IMG/VR virus record: IMGVR_UViG_3300019458_000045
Span: 1-50,214 of that record
Direction: 5' to 3' (one strand)
Length of the DNA: 50,214 nt
From: a virus
Taxonomy: Duplodnaviria; Caudoviricetes
The notes beneath the pieces were generated by a model. It was not told the origin of the DNA. It worked only from the letters and a program-made list of their open reading frames with translations, and did no database searches. Position 1 is the stretch's first letter. Each line of letters opens with the position of its first letter. Of the stretch, positions 25,001 to 33,399 are shown in pieces. Made by a program: the position numbers and the translations under genes.

Positions 25001-25172
25001 GTTCGGCCGGTGCGACCCGGCTCATCCGCTCCACTGCTGCCACTGGGCCGTTGGCGAGCAGATACCCGCCGGACGCCGGGGACAATTCCTGTGCAGTTGG
25101 CGGTGCATCGTCTGTGAGTTGACGTCCAAGTCTGCTGTTCTGGTGTTCCTTCGCGGCGGCGTCCGGCGTTAA
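24939..25172 (+). CDS. small Cys-rich protein
   Basis: C...C...HCCH...C...CIVC; start is uncertain and it overlaps the previous ORF. Confidence 0.35.
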   Translation: MESVQTAPGSPANPDPPTECEFGRCDPAHPLHCCHWAVGEQIPAGRRGQFLCSWRCIVCELTSKSAVLVFLRGGVRR

Positions 25173-25191
25173 CCTTTCGGAGGATTGCGCT

Positions 25192-26130
25192 ATGAGTTCC
25201 TGGACGTCCTACCCGAAAATCTACAACCTCGGCCACCCGGCTATTGCCGACCTGTTTGCCGACCCGGTGATCGTGGAGGAGAAGGTGGACGGCAGCCAGT
25301 TCTCCTTCGGCATGATCTTCGATGCCCAGGAGAACGTCCACCGGCTTCGCGTCCGGTCTAGGGGAGCCGAGTTGAACATCGAGGCTCCCGACAAGATGTT
25401 CGCCGCCGGGGTCGCGGTGGCCCAGGAGCTTGCCCCGATACTTGCCCCGGGGTGGACCTATCGCTGTGAATACCTGGCGAAGCCCAAGCACAACACGCTG
25501 GCCTATGATCGCATCCCGGCGAAGCACCTGATACTGTTCGACGTGGCGACCGGGCCGGAGGAGTACCTGTCCCGCCGGGGGAAGGAGGAGGCGGCGGCCT
25601 CCCTCGGGCTGGAAGTGGTGCCGCTCATCTTCGATGATTCTGTGGACGGCTTTGACGTATTCCGCAGCTTCCTTGGTCGGACCAGCATCCTCGGCGGGCA
25701 GAAGATCGAGGGCGTCGTCGTCAAGAACTATGTCCGGTTCGGCCGGGACGCGAAGCCGCTCATGGGCAAGTTCGTCTCCGAGTCATTCCGGGAGGCCCAC
25801 GGCGCGGACTGGAAGGAACGGCATCCTGGCTACAAGGACATCGTGCAGCGGATCGTCGAGAAGTACCGGACGCCCGCCCGGTGGATGAAGGCTGTCCAGC
25901 ACCTCCGCGAGGCCGGGGCGCTGTTGGACGACCCGAAGGACATAGGCAACCTGTTCCGCGAGGTTCACCGGGACTTCGATGAGGAGTGCCGGGAGGCGGC
26001 CACGGCCACCCTGTACGGCTGGGCCGAGGCCAACATCAAGCGCGGGGTGACGGCCGGGTTGGCCGAGTGGTACAAGGACGAACTTCTCAAGAAGCAGTTT
26101 TCTGTTTACGTTCCTGTAGATGAAGAATGA
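25192..26130 (+). CDS. RNA ligase, Rnl2-like
   Basis: 'YPKI', motif I 'EEKVDGSQFSF', 'LFDV', 'EVVP', 'EGVVVKNY', 'GKFVSESFRE'. Confidence 0.85.
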   Translation: MSSWTSYPKIYNLGHPAIADLFADPVIVEEKVDGSQFSFGMIFDAQENVHRLRVRSRGAELNIEAPDKMFAAGVAVAQELAPILAPGWTYRCEYLAKPKHNTLAYDRIPAKHLILFDVATGPEEYLSRRGKEEAAASLGLEVVPLIFDDSVDGFDVFRSFLGRTSILGGQKIEGVVVKNYVRFGRDAKPLMGKFVSESFREAHGADWKERHPGYKDIVQRIVEKYRTPARWMKAVQHLREAGALLDDPKDIGNLFREVHRDFDEECREAATATLYGWAEANIKRGVTAGLAEWYKDELLKKQFSVYVPVDEE

Positions 26131-26690
26131 TGCCACTATGGATCGTCACGGACAAGTCTGACCAGCGGCCACGGAAATTGGCTGACAGGCACTATACCCG
26201 CCAGTCTGTAGGCCATCCCATGTGGACCCGACCTGGCTACAACCAGATCCTATACGCCGAGCATCCCAACGGCAAGGCGGCGTGCTTCTGCTGGTGGCGG
26301 CCGAAGTGGGAGTCCGGCATTAAGGGGACAGAGCGCAAGGACGGCCTGCGTTGTATTGAGTGTGCCCTCTTTAGAAATGAGACTCCTTGGCTATCATCCG
26401 AGTTGATCTCAGCGGCGGTCCAGGCCGTGATGTTGTGGGAACATGCCTGGGATGTTGAATGGCCGGATGGCCTAATTACCGGGATTGGCAGCAGACAGAC
26501 ATCTGCTGGTAGATCCAAGTTCCATAAGCCGGGTCACTGTTTCCGCAAGGCTGGGTTTGTAGCGTTCGAGAAGAATGTCGGGCGGGCCGACGTGTGGCTG
26601 AAGATCCCGAGAGAGTCCTTGCCCGGGGGCTGTGTACGCACCAACCCTAAGCAGTTTTCTGTTGACATTCCGGTGTCTGACAGTACATAA
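26127..26690 (+). CDS. putative Mom-like GNAT-fold DNA modification protein
   Basis: 'LADRHY', 'CALFRNE....SSELI', 'LIT', 'PGHCFRKAGF' resemble Mom-type motifs. The family call is an inference. Confidence 0.45.
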   Translation: MMPLWIVTDKSDQRPRKLADRHYTRQSVGHPMWTRPGYNQILYAEHPNGKAACFCWWRPKWESGIKGTERKDGLRCIECALFRNETPWLSSELISAAVQAVMLWEHAWDVEWPDGLITGIGSRQTSAGRSKFHKPGHCFRKAGFVAFEKNVGRADVWLKIPRESLPGGCVRTNPKQFSVDIPVSDST

Positions 26691-26691
26691 T
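26662..26691 (+). promoter_or_regulatory. promoter for the packaging operon, probably giving a leaderless terS mRNA
   Basis: TTGACA-N18-CATAAT with the ATG 6 nt after the -10 and no RBS. Confidence 0.6.
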
Positions 26692-26697
26692 CCTTAC

Positions 26698-27387
26698 ATG
26701 GGAAAGCCTGGCCGTCCCCGAACGAGAGTTCCTCCCCCCGACCCCTGCAAACTGGACATCGACCCCGACTGGCTCGACTGGTTCAAGCTGGAATGTCCCA
26801 GGAAGCGCGAGTTCCTTCTCAGGTTCGAGGCGTGCGGGTCGGCCAAGACCGCCTGCCGGTTGACCAAGATCCGGCCCTCCGAATTGGACAAGTGGCTCAA
26901 CGACAAGGACGAGTCCGGCCAGTTGACCCGGGACGCCGAGACCATGCGCATGGCCATGGACATGGCCCTCGAGCACCGCGTCCAGGTGCTTGAGAACGAG
27001 GCCCGCCGCCGGGCCTTCATGGGCTCCGACCTGCTGCTCATTTTCCTGCTCAAAGCGGCCAGGCCCAACGTGTACCAGGACAATATGCGGCTGGTCCATG
27101 CGGGCACCGATCCCCTGACCGGCCAGCCCCGGAACCAGTTGAACATCCAGGTCAACAACATGGCTCCCGCGCCGCTGGCGATTCACGAGCCAGAGCAGCT
27201 CGAGCGGGTAATGGAATTGGCCAGACGATACAATCTTGTAGACAGGCTGTTCCCGAAGGTCAAAGATGGCGAAGTTGCCGCAGATCCAGTTGGCGCAGAA
27301 CCTGTTGACGGCTCTGACGCCGAAGTGGACGAGGTACATCCCGATAACACCGCACCCGAAGCAACATCTTTTGCTGTGTCTGGATAA
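26698..27387 (+). CDS. terS: terminase small subunit
   Basis: 'PGRPR', HTH-like segment, 'LENEARRRAF.GSDLLLIFLLKAARPNVY'; immediately upstream of TerL. Confidence 0.8.
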   Translation: MGKPGRPRTRVPPPDPCKLDIDPDWLDWFKLECPRKREFLLRFEACGSAKTACRLTKIRPSELDKWLNDKDESGQLTRDAETMRMAMDMALEHRVQVLENEARRRAFMGSDLLLIFLLKAARPNVYQDNMRLVHAGTDPLTGQPRNQLNIQVNNMAPAPLAIHEPEQLERVMELARRYNLVDRLFPKVKDGEVAADPVGAEPVDGSDAEVDEVHPDNTAPEATSFAVSG

Positions 27388-28714
27388 CGTTGAAGAGATT
27401 TTCTTCGGCGGCGCGGCCGGACCAGGAAAGAGTGCTGCCCTTCTCGCGTGTTGCCTTCAGTACGTGGACCAGCCCGATTACGCCGCGCTCATCGTGCGGC
27501 GCAACTATCCCGACCTGGTGCAGCCCGGCGGCCTGGTTGACATGAGCCACGATTGGCTGGACGGCACCGCCGCCAAGTGGAACGAGCAGTTCAAGAAGTG
27601 GCATTTCCCCGGCGGGGCCTGCCTGCAATTCGGCCACATGGACAACAAGACCGAGATCAAGCGGTACAAGGGTGGCCAGTACCAGACTATCTGCATCGAC
27701 GAAATGACCGACTTCAACAAGACCGAGGCTATGTTCCTACACTCCAGGCTTCGTCGCCGCACCGGGTCCACGATCCCGCTCCGGTTCCGGGCCGCCTCGA
27801 ACCCCGGGGGCACTGGGCACGAGTGGGTCAAGGCCCGGTACGTGGACTACGACGGCAGCGACCGCCTGTTCATCCCGGCCACACTGGACGACAACCCCTA
27901 CATCGACCGGGCCGCCTACGTGCGGTCCCTGGACCGGCTGGACCCCATCACCCGGGAACGACTACTCAAGGGGGACTGGACCGTCACGGACGGTGGCCGG
28001 ATCTTCGACCGTTCCTGGTTCGCCAACTTCTACGACGCCCGCCCGGAACTCGTGTCCGCTCGGGTGCGGGCGTGGGACCTTGCCGCCACGGTTCACGACG
28101 CCTCCAAGGAGACGGCTGGGGTGCTCATGTCCCGGACGGTCAAGGGACTGTGGGCGGTCGAGCACGTCGTCCACGGCAAGTGGCTGCCTGGCGACCGGGA
28201 TCGTGTCATCCGCCAGACAGCCGAGACGGACGGTGAGTACACCTCGGTCGTGATCGAGGAGGAGCCGGGTTCCGGTGGAAAGGCTCAGAACGAGAACCTG
28301 ATCCGTATGCTGGCTGGCTTCCGCGTGGAGTCCATCAAGGTCACGGGCGACAAGTTCGTGCGGGCCGGGGCCTTCGCCTCCCAGTGCCAGGCCGGTAACG
28401 TATTCCTGGTCCGGGGCCCGTGGAACGCGGCCTACATCGACCAGCTTCACGCGGCCGACCCTGAGAACGACGAGTTGCTGATTGACATGATGGACGCATC
28501 CAGCTTGGGATTCAACGCGCTGGTCCGCAAGCCGCTCAACCCGTACGCGGTGGAGACGCCGGAGCGCACCGCCAAGCGGTCCTTGGGCCTGGACCTGGAC
28601 TGGGAACGGGCCGAGGAAGAGGAGGCTGCCGAGGCCGCTAAAGCGCGCAAGGTCAACCTGTACGAGAGGATGTTCGCGGACACTGGATCTTCTTTCAGGG
28701 AGTGGTTCCTGTGA
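27266..28714 (+). CDS. terL: terminase large subunit
   Basis: 'PHPKQ', Walker A GGAAGPGKS, Walker B ICIDE, 'ASNPGG', 'DNPY', nuclease 'RAWDLAA' and 'DMMDA'. Confidence 0.95.
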   Translation: MAKLPQIQLAQNLLTALTPKWTRYIPITPHPKQHLLLCLDNVEEIFFGGAAGPGKSAALLACCLQYVDQPDYAALIVRRNYPDLVQPGGLVDMSHDWLDGTAAKWNEQFKKWHFPGGACLQFGHMDNKTEIKRYKGGQYQTICIDEMTDFNKTEAMFLHSRLRRRTGSTIPLRFRAASNPGGTGHEWVKARYVDYDGSDRLFIPATLDDNPYIDRAAYVRSLDRLDPITRERLLKGDWTVTDGGRIFDRSWFANFYDARPELVSARVRAWDLAATVHDASKETAGVLMSRTVKGLWAVEHVVHGKWLPGDRDRVIRQTAETDGEYTSVVIEEEPGSGGKAQNENLIRMLAGFRVESIKVTGDKFVRAGAFASQCQAGNVFLVRGPWNAAYIDQLHAADPENDELLIDMMDASSLGFNALVRKPLNPYAVETPERTAKRSLGLDLDWERAEEEEAAEAAKARKVNLYERMFADTGSSFREWFL

Positions 28715-28902
28715 TCGTCAAGGGCGAGAATCACGAGGCCGACCCCGCCGTGAATAGGTATCTTACGGAGGGTTGCTGCCCCAACCGTCACGGCCCGCTT
28801 TTCCGGGCGGCCAGGTACGTGGCCGCGTGCAAGTCGTGTGCGTTTACGTGGCGTTCGCGCCGAATCGAGAACATCTTTCCATCGAGAGACGGCAAACACT
28901 AG
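28702..28902 (+). CDS. small Zn-ribbon protein
   Basis: CPNRHG...CKSC. Confidence 0.4.
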   Translation: MVPVIVKGENHEADPAVNRYLTEGCCPNRHGPLFRAARYVAACKSCAFTWRSRRIENIFPSRDGKH

Positions 28903-28909
28903 GTGCGAC

Positions 28910-29659
28910 ATGGTGAAGCTGCTTTTGCTCGCGGTCGTCCTGCTGGGGGGCTGCAACTACGCCAAGCTGAGTCACCGGGACCTGGAGGCGGCCTATCCGG
29001 CATCGAGCGCCTTCGGCTTGCCGGAAGTGGCAAGCGCCTCCTGTCGTGTCCTGTCCCCAAGCGGGTCGAGCGGGTCCGGCGTTTGCTTTCAGGCCGGGCG
29101 GTCGTATGCGCTGGTGATTACCGCCAATCATGTCGTGGACGAGGGGGACGAGGCCAGCATTTCGCCGGAGAACGGCACCGTTCACAAGGCCCTCGTGGTT
29201 TGGCGGGACGCCGCCGAGGACCTGGCGGTTCTGCGCGTTCCCGGGCGGGGCGTGTTCGGTCGCGCCGCGTCCATGGCCGCCCGGGACCTGGGATACCGAT
29301 GGGACCCCGTGCTGGTGTACGGATTCCCCGCTGGCGTGAAGCCCAACGGGCACCCCACCTTCGGGCTGGTCGCGGCCGAGGATGACGTCCTGGAACTCCA
29401 CGAGCCGACGCCGAACGGCACGTTCAACCACACCCGAACCGTCATCAAGTGGCGGATCACGGCTCCAATCTTCTTCGGCAACTCCGGGGGCGGCGTATTC
29501 GTGTCGGAGGGCGGCGAGTGGCGGCTCGCTGGCGTGGCCCAGTTGGTGGCGGGGTCCGGCTTCGGTGGGGTGGCCACCCACGTCGGGTGGAGTTCCCCGG
29601 TGTTCCGCACCAGGACGGCGGTCGAGGCTGGCCGCAGGGCCGGGGAGGACCACAAGTGA
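28910..29659 (+). CDS. lipoprotein trypsin-like serine protease
   Basis: Signal MVKLLLLAVVLLGGC; catalytic triad motifs TANH, DLAVL and GNSGGG. Confidence 0.85.
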   Translation: MVKLLLLAVVLLGGCNYAKLSHRDLEAAYPASSAFGLPEVASASCRVLSPSGSSGSGVCFQAGRSYALVITANHVVDEGDEASISPENGTVHKALVVWRDAAEDLAVLRVPGRGVFGRAASMAARDLGYRWDPVLVYGFPAGVKPNGHPTFGLVAAEDDVLELHEPTPNGTFNHTRTVIKWRITAPIFFGNSGGGVFVSEGGEWRLAGVAQLVAGSGFGGVATHVGWSSPVFRTRTAVEAGRRAGEDHK

Positions 29660-30057
29660 GCGAACCCTACGTGTCCGCCATGGTCCTGGCCGACGTCGTG
29701 ATCTGCGACGTCTTTTCTGACAAGTGGTCGTTGGTTGGAATCTTCTCCAAGGCCTGGGCCCACAAGTTTCCCGTCATCATCCCGAGAATCTGCTGCTATG
29801 CGTGCTTGTCTGATGTCAGCGGCGAGATAAACCCCAGCTTCAGGATTCTGGACCCGGATCTTAACGTTGTCCGTCAATGTCCGGTTCCAACCTTGACGGC
29901 CAGGCGCGAGGACGAACAGGAAATCGGCTGCGTGTTCCCGGAGGTGCTGATGGCCCGTCCGGGCAGGTACTCGGTTGAGCTTTTGCTTGACGGGTGCATG
30001 GTGCAGTCTGTACGCTTGGATGTAGTCGATGTGCCCACCCCGATCCCGGAGCAGTAA
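29656..30057 (+). CDS. DUF6941-like protein
   Basis: 'AMVLADVVICD...KWSLVGIF...FP' and 'PGRYSVELLLDG'. Confidence 0.6.
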   Translation: MSEPYVSAMVLADVVICDVFSDKWSLVGIFSKAWAHKFPVIIPRICCYACLSDVSGEINPSFRILDPDLNVVRQCPVPTLTARREDEQEIGCVFPEVLMARPGRYSVELLLDGCMVQSVRLDVVDVPTPIPEQ

Positions 30058-30060
30058 CCC

Positions 30061-31461
30061 ATGAGCCTTCCCTTCATGATCCGCCAGTCCGTATCCAAGG
30101 AACTGTACGGACACCAGTACGCCTCGCTGATTTGGGCGGGGCGGGCCCACGACCAGTCCCTCGCCCTGTCCAGGGACCCGGCCGTCTACGAGAAGCTGCG
30201 CCTGGACGCCACCATTTCCCACCTGATGCAGATTCGCAAACACATGGTCGCGGGGAGCAGGTGGCAGCTTGAACCCGCATCGAACCGGGACGTGGACAAG
30301 CGCGGCGCGGAGGTGATGGAGAGGCTGCTTGACATCGGCCTCAAGAGGTTCGCCACGGCACGGTTCAACCTGGCCGAGGCCGTATTTACCGGCTCGGCGT
30401 ACGCCCGGATCAACGGCCACCACAAGTGGATCACGGTTTTCGACGGCGTGCCCCGGCAGTTTTGGGTGGCCACGGACCTGGCGGACGTAGACCGCCGCCG
30501 CTTCGACAAGATGTACGTTCGGCTGAACGAGGGGACGCCCGACGAGCAGGTGACCATCCAGTGGCGGATGTTCAACGTCCAGAAGAACGACTGGGAGGTG
30601 TGGGACCACCCCGAGTGGTACGTCAAGAACATCTACAACGACCAGGAAGAGTCGCTGGGCTACGGGCAGGGCCTTATCGACTCCATGTACTTCTACTGGA
30701 GGGCCAAGGAGATCCTGTGGAAGGCGGGATTGCAGGGCGCGGAGCGGTGGGCCCTGGGCATGATGATCGCCAAGGTTGACAACGCCCGCAGCGCCTCCAC
30801 CGGCAAGACCAACGCGGCTCTCGTCAACTCCTTCATTTCTGAGCTGGAACGTCAGCGGTCCCAGCACTACTTCGTCATGGACAAGGTGGACGAACTGGAA
30901 ATGATGGACGGCCCGCAGACCGGCTCCGAGATCGTGGAGCGGTTGATTCAGTATTGCGACCGTCAGCTTCGGCTGCTTATCCTTGGGTCTAACCTGCCCA
31001 CCGAGGCTACCGGCGGCGGGTCGTACAACCTGGCCGAGGTGCAGCAGGGCACCACGGACACGCTCATCAAGTACGACCGGGCTCTGGTGGCTGAGGCTTT
31101 GACCCAGGACTTGCTGAACCTGCTGTGGCTCGTCAACCGCCCGGTGCTGTTCGGCATGGGCCTGGGGTCGGCTGAAATGCCCCGCATGGTCATCCTGGAC
31201 GAGCGTCGGAGCGACCCGAAGATGATGGCGGATGTTACCAAGACCATTCTTGAGGCTGGCATCCCGCTCAAGGCCGACGAGACCTACGAGTTGCTTGGTC
31301 GCACGCAGCCCGGACCCGGGGACGAACTGATCGAGCCGATGGCCCGTCAGCAGTTTGATCCAGGCGGGGAGTTCCGACAGGACGTCAACCCGCTGGATAC
31401 GCCCGAGACCGTCAATCCCACAGGATCAGACAAGAAGGAGTCACAGACCAATGGTGCCTGA
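30061..31461 (+). CDS. portal protein (Mu gp29 / DUF935-like)
   Basis: 'DATISHLMQIRK', 'YGQGLI', 'ERWALG', 'LILGSNLPTE..GGGSYNLAEV'; positioned after TerL. Confidence 0.85.
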   Translation: MSLPFMIRQSVSKELYGHQYASLIWAGRAHDQSLALSRDPAVYEKLRLDATISHLMQIRKHMVAGSRWQLEPASNRDVDKRGAEVMERLLDIGLKRFATARFNLAEAVFTGSAYARINGHHKWITVFDGVPRQFWVATDLADVDRRRFDKMYVRLNEGTPDEQVTIQWRMFNVQKNDWEVWDHPEWYVKNIYNDQEESLGYGQGLIDSMYFYWRAKEILWKAGLQGAERWALGMMIAKVDNARSASTGKTNAALVNSFISELERQRSQHYFVMDKVDELEMMDGPQTGSEIVERLIQYCDRQLRLLILGSNLPTEATGGGSYNLAEVQQGTTDTLIKYDRALVAEALTQDLLNLLWLVNRPVLFGMGLGSAEMPRMVILDERRSDPKMMADVTKTILEAGIPLKADETYELLGRTQPGPGDELIEPMARQQFDPGGEFRQDVNPLDTPETVNPTGSDKKESQTNGA

Positions 31462-31861
31462 TTTCGACGCCAAGGCCATTCGAGTCCGCCGCCGGATTCC
31501 ACCCGGAGAGCCCGTTGAGGACAAGGTGTATTTGGCCCTCCAACTGGACGCCCCGTTGTCCGCCGAGTTGCCCAGCCGTTGCGCCATCGAGGACGTAGAG
31601 CGCACCGTGGAGGAGCGGGACGTCTCCTTCGACGCCAAGACCGGCAGGCGCAGGGAGAAGGTCAACGTCCGCAAGGTGGTCAGCCCGTCCCAGGTGTTCC
31701 GCTTCACGGAACGTGAGGACAGCCATTGGCATGGCGGGTCCATCCGGGCCGCCAGGGGCGATTTCCTCGTCAAGGACGGGGATACGTTCTTCGTCGTGCC
31801 AGAAGTCATCAAGGCCACGAAACAGCCCGTGTTTTGGTCTAGGTTCGAGTTGGTCCGTTAG
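31451..31861 (+). CDS. hypothetical protein
   Basis: AAGGAG RBS; C-terminal 'GDFLVKDG..FFVV...F...FE'. Confidence 0.6.
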   Translation: MVPDFDAKAIRVRRRIPPGEPVEDKVYLALQLDAPLSAELPSRCAIEDVERTVEERDVSFDAKTGRRREKVNVRKVVSPSQVFRFTEREDSHWHGGSIRAARGDFLVKDGDTFFVVPEVIKATKQPVFWSRFELVR

Positions 31862-31872
31862 GAGAAACGCGC

Positions 31873-32292
31873 ATGGACCGCCCGTGGATGTGGTACCTGG
31901 GGCTTGCCCCGGGCATCGACTGGATCGTCGCCTTCCAGTCCCAGGATGAAGTTCTAGGGTCGACGGCCGCCCGGCTGACGATCCGCCGCCTGTCGAAGGT
32001 GGTGGTCAACAAGGAGCGCAGGCTCCAGTGCATCCCGTGGTTCCCCCGCTTCTTCAACGTGATCGACGCGGCGTCGGCCATGGAGATCGAACGGTCCCTG
32101 TTCGTCTGGATGTCGGCCACGACCGAGGCTGCCGGGGCCGACTGGAACGAGGCGTGGGAGACGGACAAGCAGATTGTCGAGGTTACGGAGGGCGAGGCCG
32201 AGGCCGTCGTCCGGGACACCGCCGCCCTCGCCAAGGCCAAGGCGGAACTGGCGAATTCCCTCCGCAAGGGCAAGTTGGAACTGGTCAAGTGA
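31873..32292 (+). CDS. hypothetical protein
   Basis: AGGAG RBS, 139 aa. Confidence 0.6.
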   Translation: MDRPWMWYLGLAPGIDWIVAFQSQDEVLGSTAARLTIRRLSKVVVNKERRLQCIPWFPRFFNVIDAASAMEIERSLFVWMSATTEAAGADWNEAWETDKQIVEVTEGEAEAVVRDTAALAKAKAELANSLRKGKLELVK

Positions 32293-33185
32293 CGCTATCC
32301 GCACAGGACGAGTTCGAGCGCCTACAAGAGCGCAGCACGGCCGAGTTCACAGCGCGTGTTCTCGGCTTGATTGCTGCCCATGCACGCTCCGTGCCTGACT
32401 TGGCCGAGGTGCAGGGCGCTCGGACTCTCCTGGGCGAACTCATCGCTGGCACGTCCCTGGTCTCGAATATGCTCGGACGCCGCCGGGTGCGGCTGGAGGT
32501 CGGCAAGATAAAGAGCGGCGCGGCCTCGTACGACGCCATGCAGTACGCCGCCAGCGACCAGAATCTCCTGCCGAACGTGACGCCGGAACGTGCCGTCGAG
32601 GACATGGTGCGCCGCGAGCCTAAGCTGGCCGAGGGCTACCGCAAGGTCCAGGAGTTGTACTCCCGCGAGAGGGCCTTCGCCCTGGCCAAGTCCTCGGACG
32701 TCGCCGTCACGAACAAGGTGCAGTCCGTCATCGCGTCGGCCCTTCGTCGAGGGGATTTGCTGCCGACCGTGGACAAGATCATCGCGGAGTTGGGGGGCTG
32801 GGCCCGGGCATACGGGGAGACCGTGTTCCGCACGAACCTTAGCACCGCCTACGCCAATGGCCGGTTCATGGAGGCCATGGACCCGGACTTTGACGGGTTC
32901 ATCGTCGGCCTTGAGAGGATGGAGATTCTCGACGCCCGCACCCGGGACAACCACCGCGCCGCCCACGGACTCACGGCGGCGCAGCGAGACCCCATCTGGC
33001 TGCGGCTCGGGCTTCCCGGGGGATACCAGTGTCGCGGCACGTACCGGCTCGTTGATGTCTACGAGGCCCGCCGTGGGAGCCTAATGGACGGATCGGTGAT
33101 GCGTCGGGCCCAGTGGCCCACGGGGGCGTACAACGACGAGGGGTTTGACAACCGCGTATCGTTCAGCTTGATGGGTGCCTTCTAA
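32289..33185 (+). CDS. minor head protein (Mu gpF / SPP1 gp7 family)
   Basis: 'TVFRTNLSTAYANGR', 'DARTRDNHRAAHG', 'DPIW', 'GGYQCR'. Confidence 0.85.
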   Translation: MTLSAQDEFERLQERSTAEFTARVLGLIAAHARSVPDLAEVQGARTLLGELIAGTSLVSNMLGRRRVRLEVGKIKSGAASYDAMQYAASDQNLLPNVTPERAVEDMVRREPKLAEGYRKVQELYSRERAFALAKSSDVAVTNKVQSVIASALRRGDLLPTVDKIIAELGGWARAYGETVFRTNLSTAYANGRFMEAMDPDFDGFIVGLERMEILDARTRDNHRAAHGLTAAQRDPIWLRLGLPGGYQCRGTYRLVDVYEARRGSLMDGSVMRRAQWPTGAYNDEGFDNRVSFSLMGAF

Positions 33186-33355
33186 TGCCCGAGTCTCCCA
33201 GGATTTCCGTTCGCGTTCCCGAGAGGGAGTACAGGGACCTGCAGTACGTGGCCGCCGAGGAGGACAAGTCCGTGTCCGAGGTGGTCCTGTCCGCCCTTCG
33301 CAAGGCCCTGTATCCCGTATCTACCCAGCCGGACCTGTCAGACACTTCTAAATAG
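33185..33355 (+). CDS. ribbon-helix-helix (CopG/Arc-like) regulator
   Basis: MPESPRISVRVPEREYRDLQYVAAEEDKSVSEVVLSALRKAL...; TAATG coupling; below the ORF-track size cut-off. Confidence 0.7.
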   Translation: MPESPRISVRVPEREYRDLQYVAAEEDKSVSEVVLSALRKALYPVSTQPDLSDTSK

Positions 33356-33399
33356 TCCGGCGCATTACCCCTAGCTTTCACACCCCCCGCTTCTGTCTA

